The notes under the pieces are model-generated. The model saw nothing but the letters and a program-made list of their open reading frames with translations. It was not told where the DNA came from and did no database searches. A stretch of 62,029 bases of DNA. It comes from a virus (lineage: Duplodnaviria > Caudoviricetes). Shown here in pieces: positions 1 through 8,631 of this stretch. The stretch lies in the IMG/VR virus record IMGVR_UViG_3300044980_000053, positions 1 to 62,029 of that record, one strand, 5' to 3'. The stretch's first letter is position 1. Every line of letters begins with the position of its first letter. The position numbers were made by a program, and so were the translations under genes.

Positions 1-441
1 CTTCTGAACGTCTATAGGAGAGACGTCACACGGTAGACCCGATAGATAGGCGATCGCCTCGGCTCCGTACATGAGACCCCAGTACATATAGCGAGCATCA
101 CTCGCTTCCAGAGTCATGTTGCACCCCTTGATCCAAGTCACAACATCGAAGTGGTGCCTGAACACAGAGGTATCAAAAAATACGTGTCGATAAGTACTAA
201 GGACAACGGCGTCGCATCGCGTGCGTTCTGCGATATCGTTATCACTGGCCTTAGTTAAGAGCCAGCCTTGAAGGCAATACTTAGACGTGCTGTTATACAG
301 ATCTAACGCATGAGCGCCAGCAGTGTCCGTGCTGATGCCCTTGGCGGCTTCCCACACTTCGCGCTCGGCGGGATCGGAGGGCCGCTGGACTAGTTTCTTG
401 ACTACCTTCCAGCGGTGGTCTGGCTCACGAAACTGACTCAC
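1..441 (-). CDS. Hypothetical phage protein, partial (runs off window start)
   Basis: Manually translated open frame from GTG at 441 (MSQFREPDHRWKVVKK...YRHVFFDTSVF...) with no stop to base 1; the start overlaps the end of the 984 aa ORF. Absent from the ORF track because it is truncated. Confidence 0.75.
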   Translation of the reverse strand, partial: MSQFREPDHRWKVVKKLVQRPSDPAEREVWEAAKGISTDTAGAHALDLYNSTSKYCLQGWLLTKASDNDIAERTRCDAVVLSTYRHVFFDTSVFRHHFDVVTWIKGCNMTLEASDARYMYWGLMYGAEAIAYLSGLPCDVSPIDVQK

Positions 442-3379
442 CGGACTCTGGCTCCTTCGTTCCCTGAGCACCGCGAGCCAGTCGAAGGACCAGCTCACCC
501 ATGCCGCGGAACGTAGTCTGCAGACTCTGCTCGAGCTCCTCGAACGTCGCTTCTCCGACTCGCTCACGAAGATCGACTTCCTGCATCCAGAGAGTCAGCA
601 TGACGCGTGCAAGATTATCTACCGACTTCTCGAGATTCGGGAGGTACTCACTCACGACGTTATGCAGTGCTGGAGACTGCGCGAGCATCGCCACAGCCGC
701 GGCATCGAACACGTCTTCACTCTGAAGGCGTGCCGCGTCGTGTAGGAACTGTGGGTTGATCTCGGACATCATGTCATGACTGCTCGGGCCATCCGTTGGC
801 ATCATAGCGCCAGGAGGCGGTTGCTGCCCCTGTTGCATGGATGGATCCATGCCCATCATAGACGGGTCCTGCATACCCTGCATTCCCATCATCGATGGGT
901 CTTGCATACCTTGCATAGAGGGATCCATGCCCGTCATAGACGGGTCGTGCATACCTTGCATAGAGGGATCCATGCCCATACCCATCTGAGGCATCCCGCC
1001 CTGCATAGACGGATCTTGTCCGCCCATCATGGACGGATCCTGTCCGCCCATCATGGACGGATCCTGCATGCCCTGCATCGAAGGATCCATGCCCATGCCG
1101 GGCTGGCCGCCGGACATTCCTGGCATGCCCTGCATCCCGCCCATACCTCCGGGCCCACCCGGGCCCATTGGGGACGAACCAATCATACCAGGACCCCCTG
1201 TCGCCAAGTTCATGGACGACGGAGGCGCGCCCATGGACTGGGTCTGCACGGTTGGCATCATGGGCGACCCACCCGCGATCTCGTGCGAGCGCTGAACAAT
1301 CGCCTGCACGGTTTGCTGACGCTCCATGAGCTTCTGCATCTCGTGCTGAATCGCCTGGTCCATCTCCATGGCCGCGAGCTCGACCGGAGACGGCTCGGGC
1401 GGGGGAGGCGGCTGGGCCATGGCAGCCATAGCGGCCTGCTGACCTAGCGCGTCATCACCACCGCCCGCATCGCCGCCAGGGGCGGCCCCCGCGGTAGGAG
1501 GCTTGCTACCACCAGAGGGAGGAGATTTCTTCTTGGGTTTGTCACCACCTGACTTCTTATCGTCATCGGCCGCGACCTTGTCAAGGCGCATCTGAATCTG
1601 CGCCAACTGACGAGGAGAAGCTACCCAAGCATATGAGGTACCATCAGACGCAGCTTTCTCAAGCAGCGTCCAGGCGTCCTCACAGTCAAGGACGTACTCG
1701 TGCGCAAGCTTCTTCAGAGCCGCGATCTTGTCCATGGCACCGCTGCCGTTGACAGAGAATTGCCGGGCCCCGGCGTCCTTTATGTTGACCTTCTTGGCAC
1801 CGGCGGAGGCCAGCATGCTGAGTGAGCAGTCGGCTAGATGGTGAATCGACTGAATCCAGTCGCGCTCATTCTGGCGCTCCTTGAGCGGGACCCAGATGAA
1901 CTCGGCGGGAATGTAGACGATCTGAGAGCCCTTTGGCATCCAGATGGTGTTATACGGATTGCGCTCGTCGGTGGTTATCGTGCGCTCTTCGAAGCCGCCC
2001 GGCGACTTGACCTTGATGCGCCTGACGCCGTCAGCATCCGTGCTGATGGACGTGATCTCCATCGGTACGGTGGCCTGGTAGCCAGACCGAATTTGTCGAA
2101 CGAAGAAACCCTTCCCTGCCTTAGGAGCTCCACTGACGTCCTTGAACATGCGCTCGTGCAGCGCACCAGAGGCCATGCTCTCGGCGACTAGGTCTCTGCC
2201 GACGAGAACCATCGGCTGGATGTAGTCGCCGTCAGGGAAAACGGCCAGGTACTTCGGCGCATCCCACCCGCGCTTAGCAACGAACTCGCCCTCGTCGGGA
2301 CGGCCGTACGGGTAGTACTTGTTCGAGCTACCGTGGGTCTCGGGATCGTAATACGAGTTGTCCACGATAGGCGCATGTCCGCGGATAGCAGGGCGACGAC
2401 CGTAGCGCGTGCCGCTGTCGAAGACATCGACAGGATTTGGAACCACTAGCGCCGGACGCTCACGGCCATCAGTCGCGTAGAGCGTGTAGATGTCGGCCTG
2501 GTTAGGCTCAATCCACCTCTCGTACGGCTGCTCCTTGACGGCCATGTTCCGCTCAAGGCGCTCGTCCTTGGCGGCGAATCCGCGCTTGCGTACGCCTGCA
2601 TAGGCCTCTCCGGCCTTGTCGCCAAAGATGCGCTTGAAATCCGTGGGCGTGTTGTCTTTGTCCGCAATCCAGAGTGCGCCACCAAAGTTCTGCTTGGCAG
2701 AGATTTTCTCCAGCTTGGGCTGGAGAACTTGCGCGAGAGTCGTCAGACCGTAGATTGCGGCAGCTTCCTTGAGGAGCTGCGGGTCTCGCGAGAGTGAGTC
2801 GCGGAACGCGCTCTTGACGCGGTTAGGCGCCTGCTCCAGCAGTCTCGGGAGCATCGCCGTAATGTCGTGGCCGACCTTCTCCAAGTTCTCTACCGACAGG
2901 AGCTCAGTGAGCTTTGTGGCGTCGGCCGCATACGAGAACCGACCCGTGAGGGGCGGCACCGTAACATTGCGGATGTCCACGTCCGTGTAGAGAGTCTCGG
3001 GCGTCTTGACACCGCCCCCGAGCGACGCATCTGCGTGTTTCTCGAGTTCGTCCAGCCAACCCTTGGTCAGCGGGAAGAACATGTTCTTGTCCTTGACGTA
3101 CATCACGTCGAGCGGCTTGACGGCGTTAGAGCTCATCACGACCGGCGCGTAGACGGCCATGCCCGCGTGCTCGAGGATGAACGCGCCCACGGCGTATCCG
3201 CGATCAACGTCGGTCGACAAGATCTTGAACGTCACGACTTTAGGAACGAGATCTGGCATCTTGCTCGAGAGGAGCTGATATGCCTGCTCGCTAAGTCCCT
3301 GCTCAAAAAGCTGAGTAGCCTGATCAGGCCCCGCGGGCATCTGACCTTGCTGCTGATTCATCTGTGGGCCGAATGGCAT
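425..3379 (-). CDS. Large putative virion internal/head-associated protein with Met/Gln/Gly/Pro low-complexity region
   Basis: 984 aa ORF; GAGGAG SD upstream; several K-x-A motifs (EKHA, VKSA, LKEAA, EKAAS, DKVAA); DPSM repeats; lies in the minus-strand structural cluster. Function inferred from context. Confidence 0.55.
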   Translation of the reverse strand: MPFGPQMNQQQGQMPAGPDQATQLFEQGLSEQAYQLLSSKMPDLVPKVVTFKILSTDVDRGYAVGAFILEHAGMAVYAPVVMSSNAVKPLDVMYVKDKNMFFPLTKGWLDELEKHADASLGGGVKTPETLYTDVDIRNVTVPPLTGRFSYAADATKLTELLSVENLEKVGHDITAMLPRLLEQAPNRVKSAFRDSLSRDPQLLKEAAAIYGLTTLAQVLQPKLEKISAKQNFGGALWIADKDNTPTDFKRIFGDKAGEAYAGVRKRGFAAKDERLERNMAVKEQPYERWIEPNQADIYTLYATDGRERPALVVPNPVDVFDSGTRYGRRPAIRGHAPIVDNSYYDPETHGSSNKYYPYGRPDEGEFVAKRGWDAPKYLAVFPDGDYIQPMVLVGRDLVAESMASGALHERMFKDVSGAPKAGKGFFVRQIRSGYQATVPMEITSISTDADGVRRIKVKSPGGFEERTITTDERNPYNTIWMPKGSQIVYIPAEFIWVPLKERQNERDWIQSIHHLADCSLSMLASAGAKKVNIKDAGARQFSVNGSGAMDKIAALKKLAHEYVLDCEDAWTLLEKAASDGTSYAWVASPRQLAQIQMRLDKVAADDDKKSGGDKPKKKSPPSGGSKPPTAGAAPGGDAGGGDDALGQQAAMAAMAQPPPPPEPSPVELAAMEMDQAIQHEMQKLMERQQTVQAIVQRSHEIAGGSPMMPTVQTQSMGAPPSSMNLATGGPGMIGSSPMGPGGPGGMGGMQGMPGMSGGQPGMGMDPSMQGMQDPSMMGGQDPSMMGGQDPSMQGGMPQMGMGMDPSMQGMHDPSMTGMDPSMQGMQDPSMMGMQGMQDPSMMGMDPSMQQGQQPPPGAMMPTDGPSSHDMMSEINPQFLHDAARLQSEDVFDAAAVAMLAQSPALHNVVSEYLPNLEKSVDNLARVMLTLWMQEVDLRERVGEATFEELEQSLQTTFRGMGELVLRLARGAQGTKEPESGESVS
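833..1095 (-). repeat. Coding tandem repeat, 10 x DPSM in an M/Q/G-rich tract
   Basis: GMDPSMQGMQDPSMMGGQDPSMMGGQDPSMQ... read in the translation; imperfect repeats at DNA level. Boundaries approximate. Confidence 0.9.
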
Positions 3380-3403
3380 TAGTTATGACTCCTCACGTAC
3401 CCG

Positions 3404-3412
3404 GTAAGGATA
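3404..3412 (-). promoter_or_regulatory. Candidate late promoter motif TATCCTTAC
   Basis: Upstream of the SD and ATG at 3379; similar 9-mers at 4947, 40482 and 43482. Confidence 0.5.
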
Positions 3413-3579
3413 CTACCTTGGGGATCTTGATATCCGGAAGGTTAACCCCACCTAGCTCTTTTGTCTTCTGACCTTTCAGAGACGAGAGCGAAGGGGCCGC
3501 GATTGTATCCGCAGCCACTTTGGCCTCGATTAATTTGAGGCCAGCCAGTCTGATGTGGCGGCCCAGCACCTAGTTGGCC

Positions 3580-4908
3580 TTACCGCCCTGCGCGGACGGC
3601 TTCTTCAAGTCGGCGCAAATGATTTCTCATACTCGCCTCTTTGTCCTTATCATCCTTCTTATCCTCATCGTCTTTACTCTGCATCCACGGCGGCATGTCT
3701 TTCTTCTCGCCGTCGTCCTTCTTATCCTTGTCCTCGTCGTCCTTCTTGCTCATGAAGGGCGGAAGGTCATCCGAGGCAGACTTAGCCTGATTAGCCGAGC
3801 GACCGTCGTAGGCACCGGGGCGCGAGTGCGTCGCCGACGGATCGTGCTTCATGTACTTGTCGCCGCGCGAGCCCGGGGGAACCGAGGTCGCGTCCGCGGC
3901 CACCTTCGCCTGCGCTTCGTTGCGCAGACCCGTAAGGTAGTGAGCCTTCTCTGCCGTCTTAAGGCCCATGCAGGCCCTGACGTGCGCAATCTTCTCTTCC
4001 TCGCCCAAATGCTGGGGGAGGTACTCGATGATCTCCGACGCGGTCTTCTTGAAGAGCGTGACGTACGGATCCTCAGACGCCGCCTTGCGGGACGTCTCCA
4101 TGACCGAGTTATCCTTCGAGTCGGTTCGAGCAGGTGCCATCGGGTGCGGCGCTTCCTTGCCAACCACAGCCGGGCCCTTGATCTGCTTCATCACTTCACC
4201 GAGGCTGCCAACGCCCTTCGTGCCGAAGTTCGCATAGCCCTCAGGGCGCCACGCAGCGTCCATCTTACCTTCGCCAGTGGTGGGCTCCTTATTGCCCTTG
4301 TCGCCACCTTCGAGAGTCGAGCCCTCAGCGATCTTGCGCATGATGTCGCGAAGCGACGCCGTGCGGGACTGATCCTGAACTGAGTTGTCCTTCGAGTCGC
4401 TACGAGCAGGAGCAGCCGGCTGCTCCTCTTCCTTGCCGACAGCGCCAGGCTTGGTGTCCACGTCAGTCTCGCCGCGGCTGTCCGTTGCAAAACCCTCGGG
4501 ACGGTACTTCAGGTCCATCTTCTGCTCGCCGTTCGGCGAGTCTTTCATCTGGTTCGGCTTGTCACCGCCCTCGAGAGTCGAACCCTCGGCAGTCTTCTCA
4601 GCAGCAAGCTCCATCAGGTGAACAGCGTTGTCAGAGGCGATCTTAGCGACCTCATCCCACGACTCAACTTGGCCAAACGACGCGGCCTTGAAGTTGGGCT
4701 GCTTAGCAAGCAGCTGCGAGGCCTCGACAATGTGACTTGCGATCTTGTGCGTGACTTCCATCGGAACGGGCTTGAGCGGATCAAAATCCACACGCTCCGC
4801 GATGTAATCACTGACCTTGACAGCATCGCCTTCGTTGGCGAACTGAGCTCGGCCCGATTGCGTCAGACCCAGCATAATTCCTCTTGCATACGCCGATTTA
4901 AAGAGCAT
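3580..4908 (-). CDS. Putative head scaffold/internal protein with internal duplication and about 12 K/R-x-A(S) motifs
   Basis: 442 aa; AGGAG SD; two AEGSTLEGGDK...RPEG...VGKE...APARxDSKDNSV units; charged tail. Confidence 0.55.
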   Translation of the reverse strand: MLFKSAYARGIMLGLTQSGRAQFANEGDAVKVSDYIAERVDFDPLKPVPMEVTHKIASHIVEASQLLAKQPNFKAASFGQVESWDEVAKIASDNAVHLMELAAEKTAEGSTLEGGDKPNQMKDSPNGEQKMDLKYRPEGFATDSRGETDVDTKPGAVGKEEEQPAAPARSDSKDNSVQDQSRTASLRDIMRKIAEGSTLEGGDKGNKEPTTGEGKMDAAWRPEGYANFGTKGVGSLGEVMKQIKGPAVVGKEAPHPMAPARTDSKDNSVMETSRKAASEDPYVTLFKKTASEIIEYLPQHLGEEEKIAHVRACMGLKTAEKAHYLTGLRNEAQAKVAADATSVPPGSRGDKYMKHDPSATHSRPGAYDGRSANQAKSASDDLPPFMSKKDDEDKDKKDDGEKKDMPPWMQSKDDEDKKDDKDKEASMRNHLRRLEEAVRAGR

Positions 4909-4946
4909 CTGTTAGTTCTCCTGGGACGACCCTATGGGCTCGCCTT

Positions 4947-4955
4947 GTAATGATA
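4947..4955 (-). promoter_or_regulatory. Candidate late promoter motif TATCATTAC
   Basis: Intergenic, upstream of the 4908 start; matches the shared motif. Confidence 0.5.
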
Positions 4956-4962
4956 GGACTAA

Positions 4963-5253
4963 TTACCTGTGTTTAACGCGCGGGACGTGGACTTGTAGTG
5001 GTGGATATCCAGTTGGATGATAAGGCATAGCACGTGGAGGCGGATGCCACCCCGCTATGCGCTCATAGTGACCGTAATGAGTGACACCGTAACCATCGAT
5101 CATTACGCCGGGTACCCAGAAATAGGCCTGCGGGCATAAATCGTACGGTGGCGCATATTCCCAGCAGTACTCAGGATAGTCGTATGCAGGCGCCGGTTCT
5201 TCCGCGTAACAAGACGCCGCGAGCAGAAACAGTATTACCAATAACTTACTCAT
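4963..5253 (-). CDS. Predicted lipoprotein, Tyr/Pro/Trp-rich
   Basis: MSKLLVILFLLAAS-C signal peptide II-like N-terminus; FWVPG...YGHY...GW segment. Confidence 0.6.
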   Translation of the reverse strand: MSKLLVILFLLAASCYAEEPAPAYDYPEYCWEYAPPYDLCPQAYFWVPGVMIDGYGVTHYGHYERIAGWHPPPRAMPYHPTGYPPLQVHVPRVKHR

Positions 5254-5462
5254 CCCAAAACCTTGGACTTATGTAAATTTGCTGCGGCCGGGGCTGCAGG
5301 CGGTGCAGGCGGGGATACAGCAGAAGGCGGCGCGACTCCGCTAGCTGCGGATGCTTGAGCAGGAGACACAGGCGCAGAGCCGGGGATTCCGGGCGTCGCG
5401 CTGCTGATCTTAAAGCGTCTCAGTGCTTCAATAGAGCCGGCGTCTCGAGATTGCTTAATCAT
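5250..5462 (-). CDS. Small Ala/Pro-rich putative virion protein with shared N-terminal motif
   Basis: MIKQSRDAGSIEALRRFKIS; tightly packed with neighbours. Confidence 0.6.
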   Translation of the reverse strand: MIKQSRDAGSIEALRRFKISSATPGIPGSAPVSPAQASAASGVAPPSAVSPPAPPAAPAAANLHKSKVLG

Positions 5463-5464
5463 GT

Positions 5465-5932
5465 TTATGCTCCGGCCGGCGGCTGAGCCGCAGGAGAACC
5501 CAAGAGATGCCCTACGCCTAAACCTAGCCGGTGACCTAGGGATGCGCCAACAGGCATTCCGAGCAGGCCTCCAGCAACGCCACCATACGCGCCGCCTGCG
5601 AGACTTCCAACAGAACCCAGAAGACTTGATAGCCTTCCCTCGCCTTGCGAGCGTTCACGGCGCATCATAGACGGAAGCATGGCGGCCTGCAGAACGGTAC
5701 CGGCTCTACCAATACGCTGCATCCACGGGCTACCAGGAATGGTCGGCCAAAACACGTTACCGTGATGAAGTGCGCCGCCAGGTCCAATCGCGCGAGGACC
5801 TTGTGCAAAAACTTCTGGGGCTTGCCCGATAACCGCCATTCGCGCGCCACGCGCAAGGTCGCTGGACCCGTAGCCCAAGAGAGCGAATTTCTCTAGGGCG
5901 GCTTTGGATCCTGCTTCTTTAGCGTCGAGCAT
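5465..5932 (-). CDS. Glycine-zipper protein (putative ejection/membrane-inserting virion protein)
   Basis: C-terminal GxxxG run (GSLAGGAYGGVAGGLLGMPVGASLG); N-terminal AKEAGSKAALEKF motif. Confidence 0.55.
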   Translation of the reverse strand: MLDAKEAGSKAALEKFALLGYGSSDLARGARMAVIGQAPEVFAQGPRAIGPGGALHHGNVFWPTIPGSPWMQRIGRAGTVLQAAMLPSMMRRERSQGEGRLSSLLGSVGSLAGGAYGGVAGGLLGMPVGASLGHRLGLGVGHLLGSPAAQPPAGA

Positions 5933-7722
5933 TAGTAGCGCCCTCCCTCGCCCTTTCCAAACTCAGTTCCGGCAGCGTAGGCGCCGATTGGCGAGTAGCC
6001 GTGAAGGTCGGCCTCATCGCCCTTATGTGCGCTCTCTAGAATCGTGTCCTTCAAGTATCTGTGGCCAAGTCTAGCCATCCAGTCACTGTTCAACAACGGG
6101 ACTCTGCTTGCAGCTCGAACCTCGGGCTCTGCTCTCGGACCTCCGTCAGCAACGCTAACAGTCTTGAACCCACGTCGATGAAGTACGTCAACGATCGGTT
6201 GCGTAACTGTCGTGCCTGCTGTGTAGTGCAGAATGTCGTTGGCCAAGGTCTCACCGTGTGCTTCAGATAAAGGCAGTGTCCTGGCCGTCTTAGCGAGAGC
6301 GCTCTTGTATCTGTTGTAGTTGACAACGTCGCCGTTGATAAAGTCGTCGTTAGGGCCTGGATCTACGATCTTCACCCAGTTGAGAACCGACTTGGCGACG
6401 GTCTCAATGTGTCGTTTATCGATATCTGCTCCGGCCCGCGCGTAGACGTCGTGTAGCGCGTCTACAAGGTAACGACGACCTTCGCCCAGTCCCTTAAGGG
6501 AGACAACATCTGCTGGGCTGGGAACACCGTCAGATAGCGCGTCGCCCGCGAACACTGACTGGCCCTTCTCGATGATCGGCTTCTGATCCGGCGGAACATA
6601 GTGCTGCAACTCACCGACGTAGACGTAGTGACCGCCCTGCGGAGCCGCAGATACGTTTCTGACTTCTCCGTCGTGCTCGGCCAACACCGCGCGGTGCATA
6701 AAAGATTTCGGAATCTCGAGGAGCTGACGAACACCCTTGATTCCCTCTAGCATCTTCTTGTCTGAACCCGCGGCAGAAATGCGACCGCCGTGCTTTGCGT
6801 TAAGAGAGAACTGAGTCAGCGGCTCACTTAAGCTCTGAGCTGCGCGAACACCTACGTTGGTTCCTAGAGGAACGTGTTGACCGTATGCGTCAAGTCCCTG
6901 GCACTTTTGGCACACGCCCGCAGTAGCTTCACACGTCATCGGCGAGCGCGCAACAACATCCTCGTGCTTCTTGGCGAGCTCTGTAGCGAGTTGCGGAGTG
7001 ACGAGTCTCCCGTCGGTGAGATACCTGTCGATGATGTTAGGGTCATCACCCTTCATCAGAAGACCGTTCTTTGTACCGCAGTCTGGCGTGGTGATAAGTT
7101 TGTCGTTGGTGTTGTTGATGAGGATCTTTGCAAGATCGCCAGGCTCTGTCACGGAGATGTTCGACAGCACAGCATTCTTTCGCGCTTCAACGCCGGCAGC
7201 CCACGACTCCCCTGGCGTGAGACCTTCAGAGAAGGAGTGGCGAATCGGCCACATCATTATCTTCTCTTTTGAGTTACGCACTAGAACAGGCGCCGCGACC
7301 ATGCGCATGAGCTGACCCACGCTACCTCTGCCGCCTGACTGAATCATTTCGCCCATGGTCCCGCGGTTCTGTCGCGTGAGTTTGAGCATCGCATCTTGGC
7401 CATCGAGCAGAGCCTTCTCGCGCTCTTCTATGTTCTTAGACTCTTTGTAGGCTTTGATGTGCGGAGCGAGAAGCTCGTCGCGTTTCGGATCCGGTTCTAT
7501 GTCGTCGAGGCCAACGGAGATTCCCTCGAGAGTCGCGAGCTCGTCGCCGAGTCTCTTGAGTTTTGTGACAATATCGGGATATTGGTCAGGGTGTTCTCGC
7601 GCCAAACGCACGAGACCGTCATTCAACGAGTTCTTTGTAAGCTGCTTGTCAGTAACCTGCCACTTACTCGGCAGGATCTGGTTGACTAGGTGTTGACCGA
7701 GAGTGGGCACATTAATACCCAC
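5932..7722 (-). CDS. rpoC: Multisubunit RNA polymerase beta-prime subunit, C-terminal part
   Basis: Bridge helix (FSEGLTPGE...ARK), Zn site (DCGT...RSPMTC...GVCQKCQG), trigger loop (AAQSLSEPLTQFSLNAKHGG), DKRHIETV; collinear with bacterial RpoC. Confidence 0.93.
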   Translation of the reverse strand: MGINVPTLGQHLVNQILPSKWQVTDKQLTKNSLNDGLVRLAREHPDQYPDIVTKLKRLGDELATLEGISVGLDDIEPDPKRDELLAPHIKAYKESKNIEEREKALLDGQDAMLKLTRQNRGTMGEMIQSGGRGSVGQLMRMVAAPVLVRNSKEKIMMWPIRHSFSEGLTPGESWAAGVEARKNAVLSNISVTEPGDLAKILINNTNDKLITTPDCGTKNGLLMKGDDPNIIDRYLTDGRLVTPQLATELAKKHEDVVARSPMTCEATAGVCQKCQGLDAYGQHVPLGTNVGVRAAQSLSEPLTQFSLNAKHGGRISAAGSDKKMLEGIKGVRQLLEIPKSFMHRAVLAEHDGEVRNVSAAPQGGHYVYVGELQHYVPPDQKPIIEKGQSVFAGDALSDGVPSPADVVSLKGLGEGRRYLVDALHDVYARAGADIDKRHIETVAKSVLNWVKIVDPGPNDDFINGDVVNYNRYKSALAKTARTLPLSEAHGETLANDILHYTAGTTVTQPIVDVLHRRGFKTVSVADGGPRAEPEVRAASRVPLLNSDWMARLGHRYLKDTILESAHKGDEADLHGYSPIGAYAAGTEFGKGEGGRY

Positions 7723-8107
7723 CCTGCTGTGGACCCATCATCTGTTGCATCTGCGCGGCTTGCATTGCTTGCTGCTGTTGCTGCGCCTGCTGCTTAGCCT
7801 GCTGGTGCTTGTGGAGCATGTAGATTCCGCCGCCGATGGCTGCCGACGGTAAGAGAGTTCTGATGTTGCCCATGGCGCGCTGACGCGAGAGCTCACCAAG
7901 ATCTGCCATCGGCCCTTGTGCGCCCTCGGCAAGATGGCCTACGCCCTCGAGACTCTTGGGCAGGCCGCCACCGAGGCCGCCCATGAGATGGCCGGGTAGT
8001 TCTTTCATGGCCTGAAACTGACCGCCGAAGAATCCGGGACCTTCATCTGCGAGCTTGAAAGTCTTCAGTGCTGCGATGGCGCCCTCTGCGCTTGCTTGCT
8101 TGATCAT
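7712..8107 (-). CDS. Small putative virion protein (Gly-rich, hydrophobic segment, poly-Gln tail)
   Basis: MIKQASAEGAIAALKTFKLA N-terminal motif; packed between the two RNAP genes. Confidence 0.6.
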   Translation of the reverse strand: MIKQASAEGAIAALKTFKLADEGPGFFGGQFQAMKELPGHLMGGLGGGLPKSLEGVGHLAEGAQGPMADLGELSRQRAMGNIRTLLPSAAIGGGIYMLHKHQQAKQQAQQQQQAMQAAQMQQMMGPQQGGY

Positions 8108-8613
8108 CAGAACACCATCCCGGCACCAGACGGGCCGCCTGAATCAACGGCACGCGAACCTGTGTCGCCTGCCTGCGGGTTCACTGTTGGACCCCAGTGG
8201 ACTGTTCTATCCAGAGGATCCTTGTGATCCTTCTGGTCGCCGGGAGGATTGAGGCCGTCTAGCCCCTGAAGAATCTGCTCGAGGTTATCTGCGTCTCTGC
8301 GATCGCCGTATGCGTTTCCGCCCTCGGATGCCGGCTCTGGAGAGGGACCAGCGTCGGCCTTCTTATGGCCGCTCTCAGCGGCTGCACGCAAGGCTGCGTC
8401 ATAGCCGTGGAATTTTCTGGTTGGTAACTGAAGCCTCAGTTCCTCTCCCGCTAACTTGAAATCTCTTAGTGCGGCGGTGACGGCTAAGTCGTGAGCTTTC
8501 TTAACATGTGCAGGCAACTTAGCCCCCTTAGGCGTAGCGTCTTCGAACTCTCGCGCTACCTCTGGGTGATTAGCCCAGAGATATGCACGTTGCGCTCTCG
8601 ACCTCATCGGCAT
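8107..8613 (-). CDS. Small putative virion protein
   Basis: MPMRSRAQRAYLWANHPEVA...LPAHVKKA N-domain followed by the AAL..FKLA motif. Confidence 0.6.
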   Translation of the reverse strand: MPMRSRAQRAYLWANHPEVAREFEDATPKGAKLPAHVKKAHDLAVTAALRDFKLAGEELRLQLPTRKFHGYDAALRAAAESGHKKADAGPSPEPASEGGNAYGDRRDADNLEQILQGLDGLNPPGDQKDHKDPLDRTVHWGPTVNPQAGDTGSRAVDSGGPSGAGMVF

Positions 8614-8631
8614 AGTTACTAAAAGGTTAGC

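Noticed and set aside
833-1095. Possible CRISPR array or DNA-level repeat element
   Set aside because: The repeats are in-frame, degenerate at third positions, and have no unique spacers.
776-1447. His-rich 223 aa plus-strand ORF
   Set aside because: Antisense shadow of the ATG-rich DPSM repeat (CAT codons); no independent start signals.
4963-5253. Host assignment from the lipoprotein style and GC3-rich genes
   Set aside because: Only suggests a high-GC host; not enough to name a taxon without searches.
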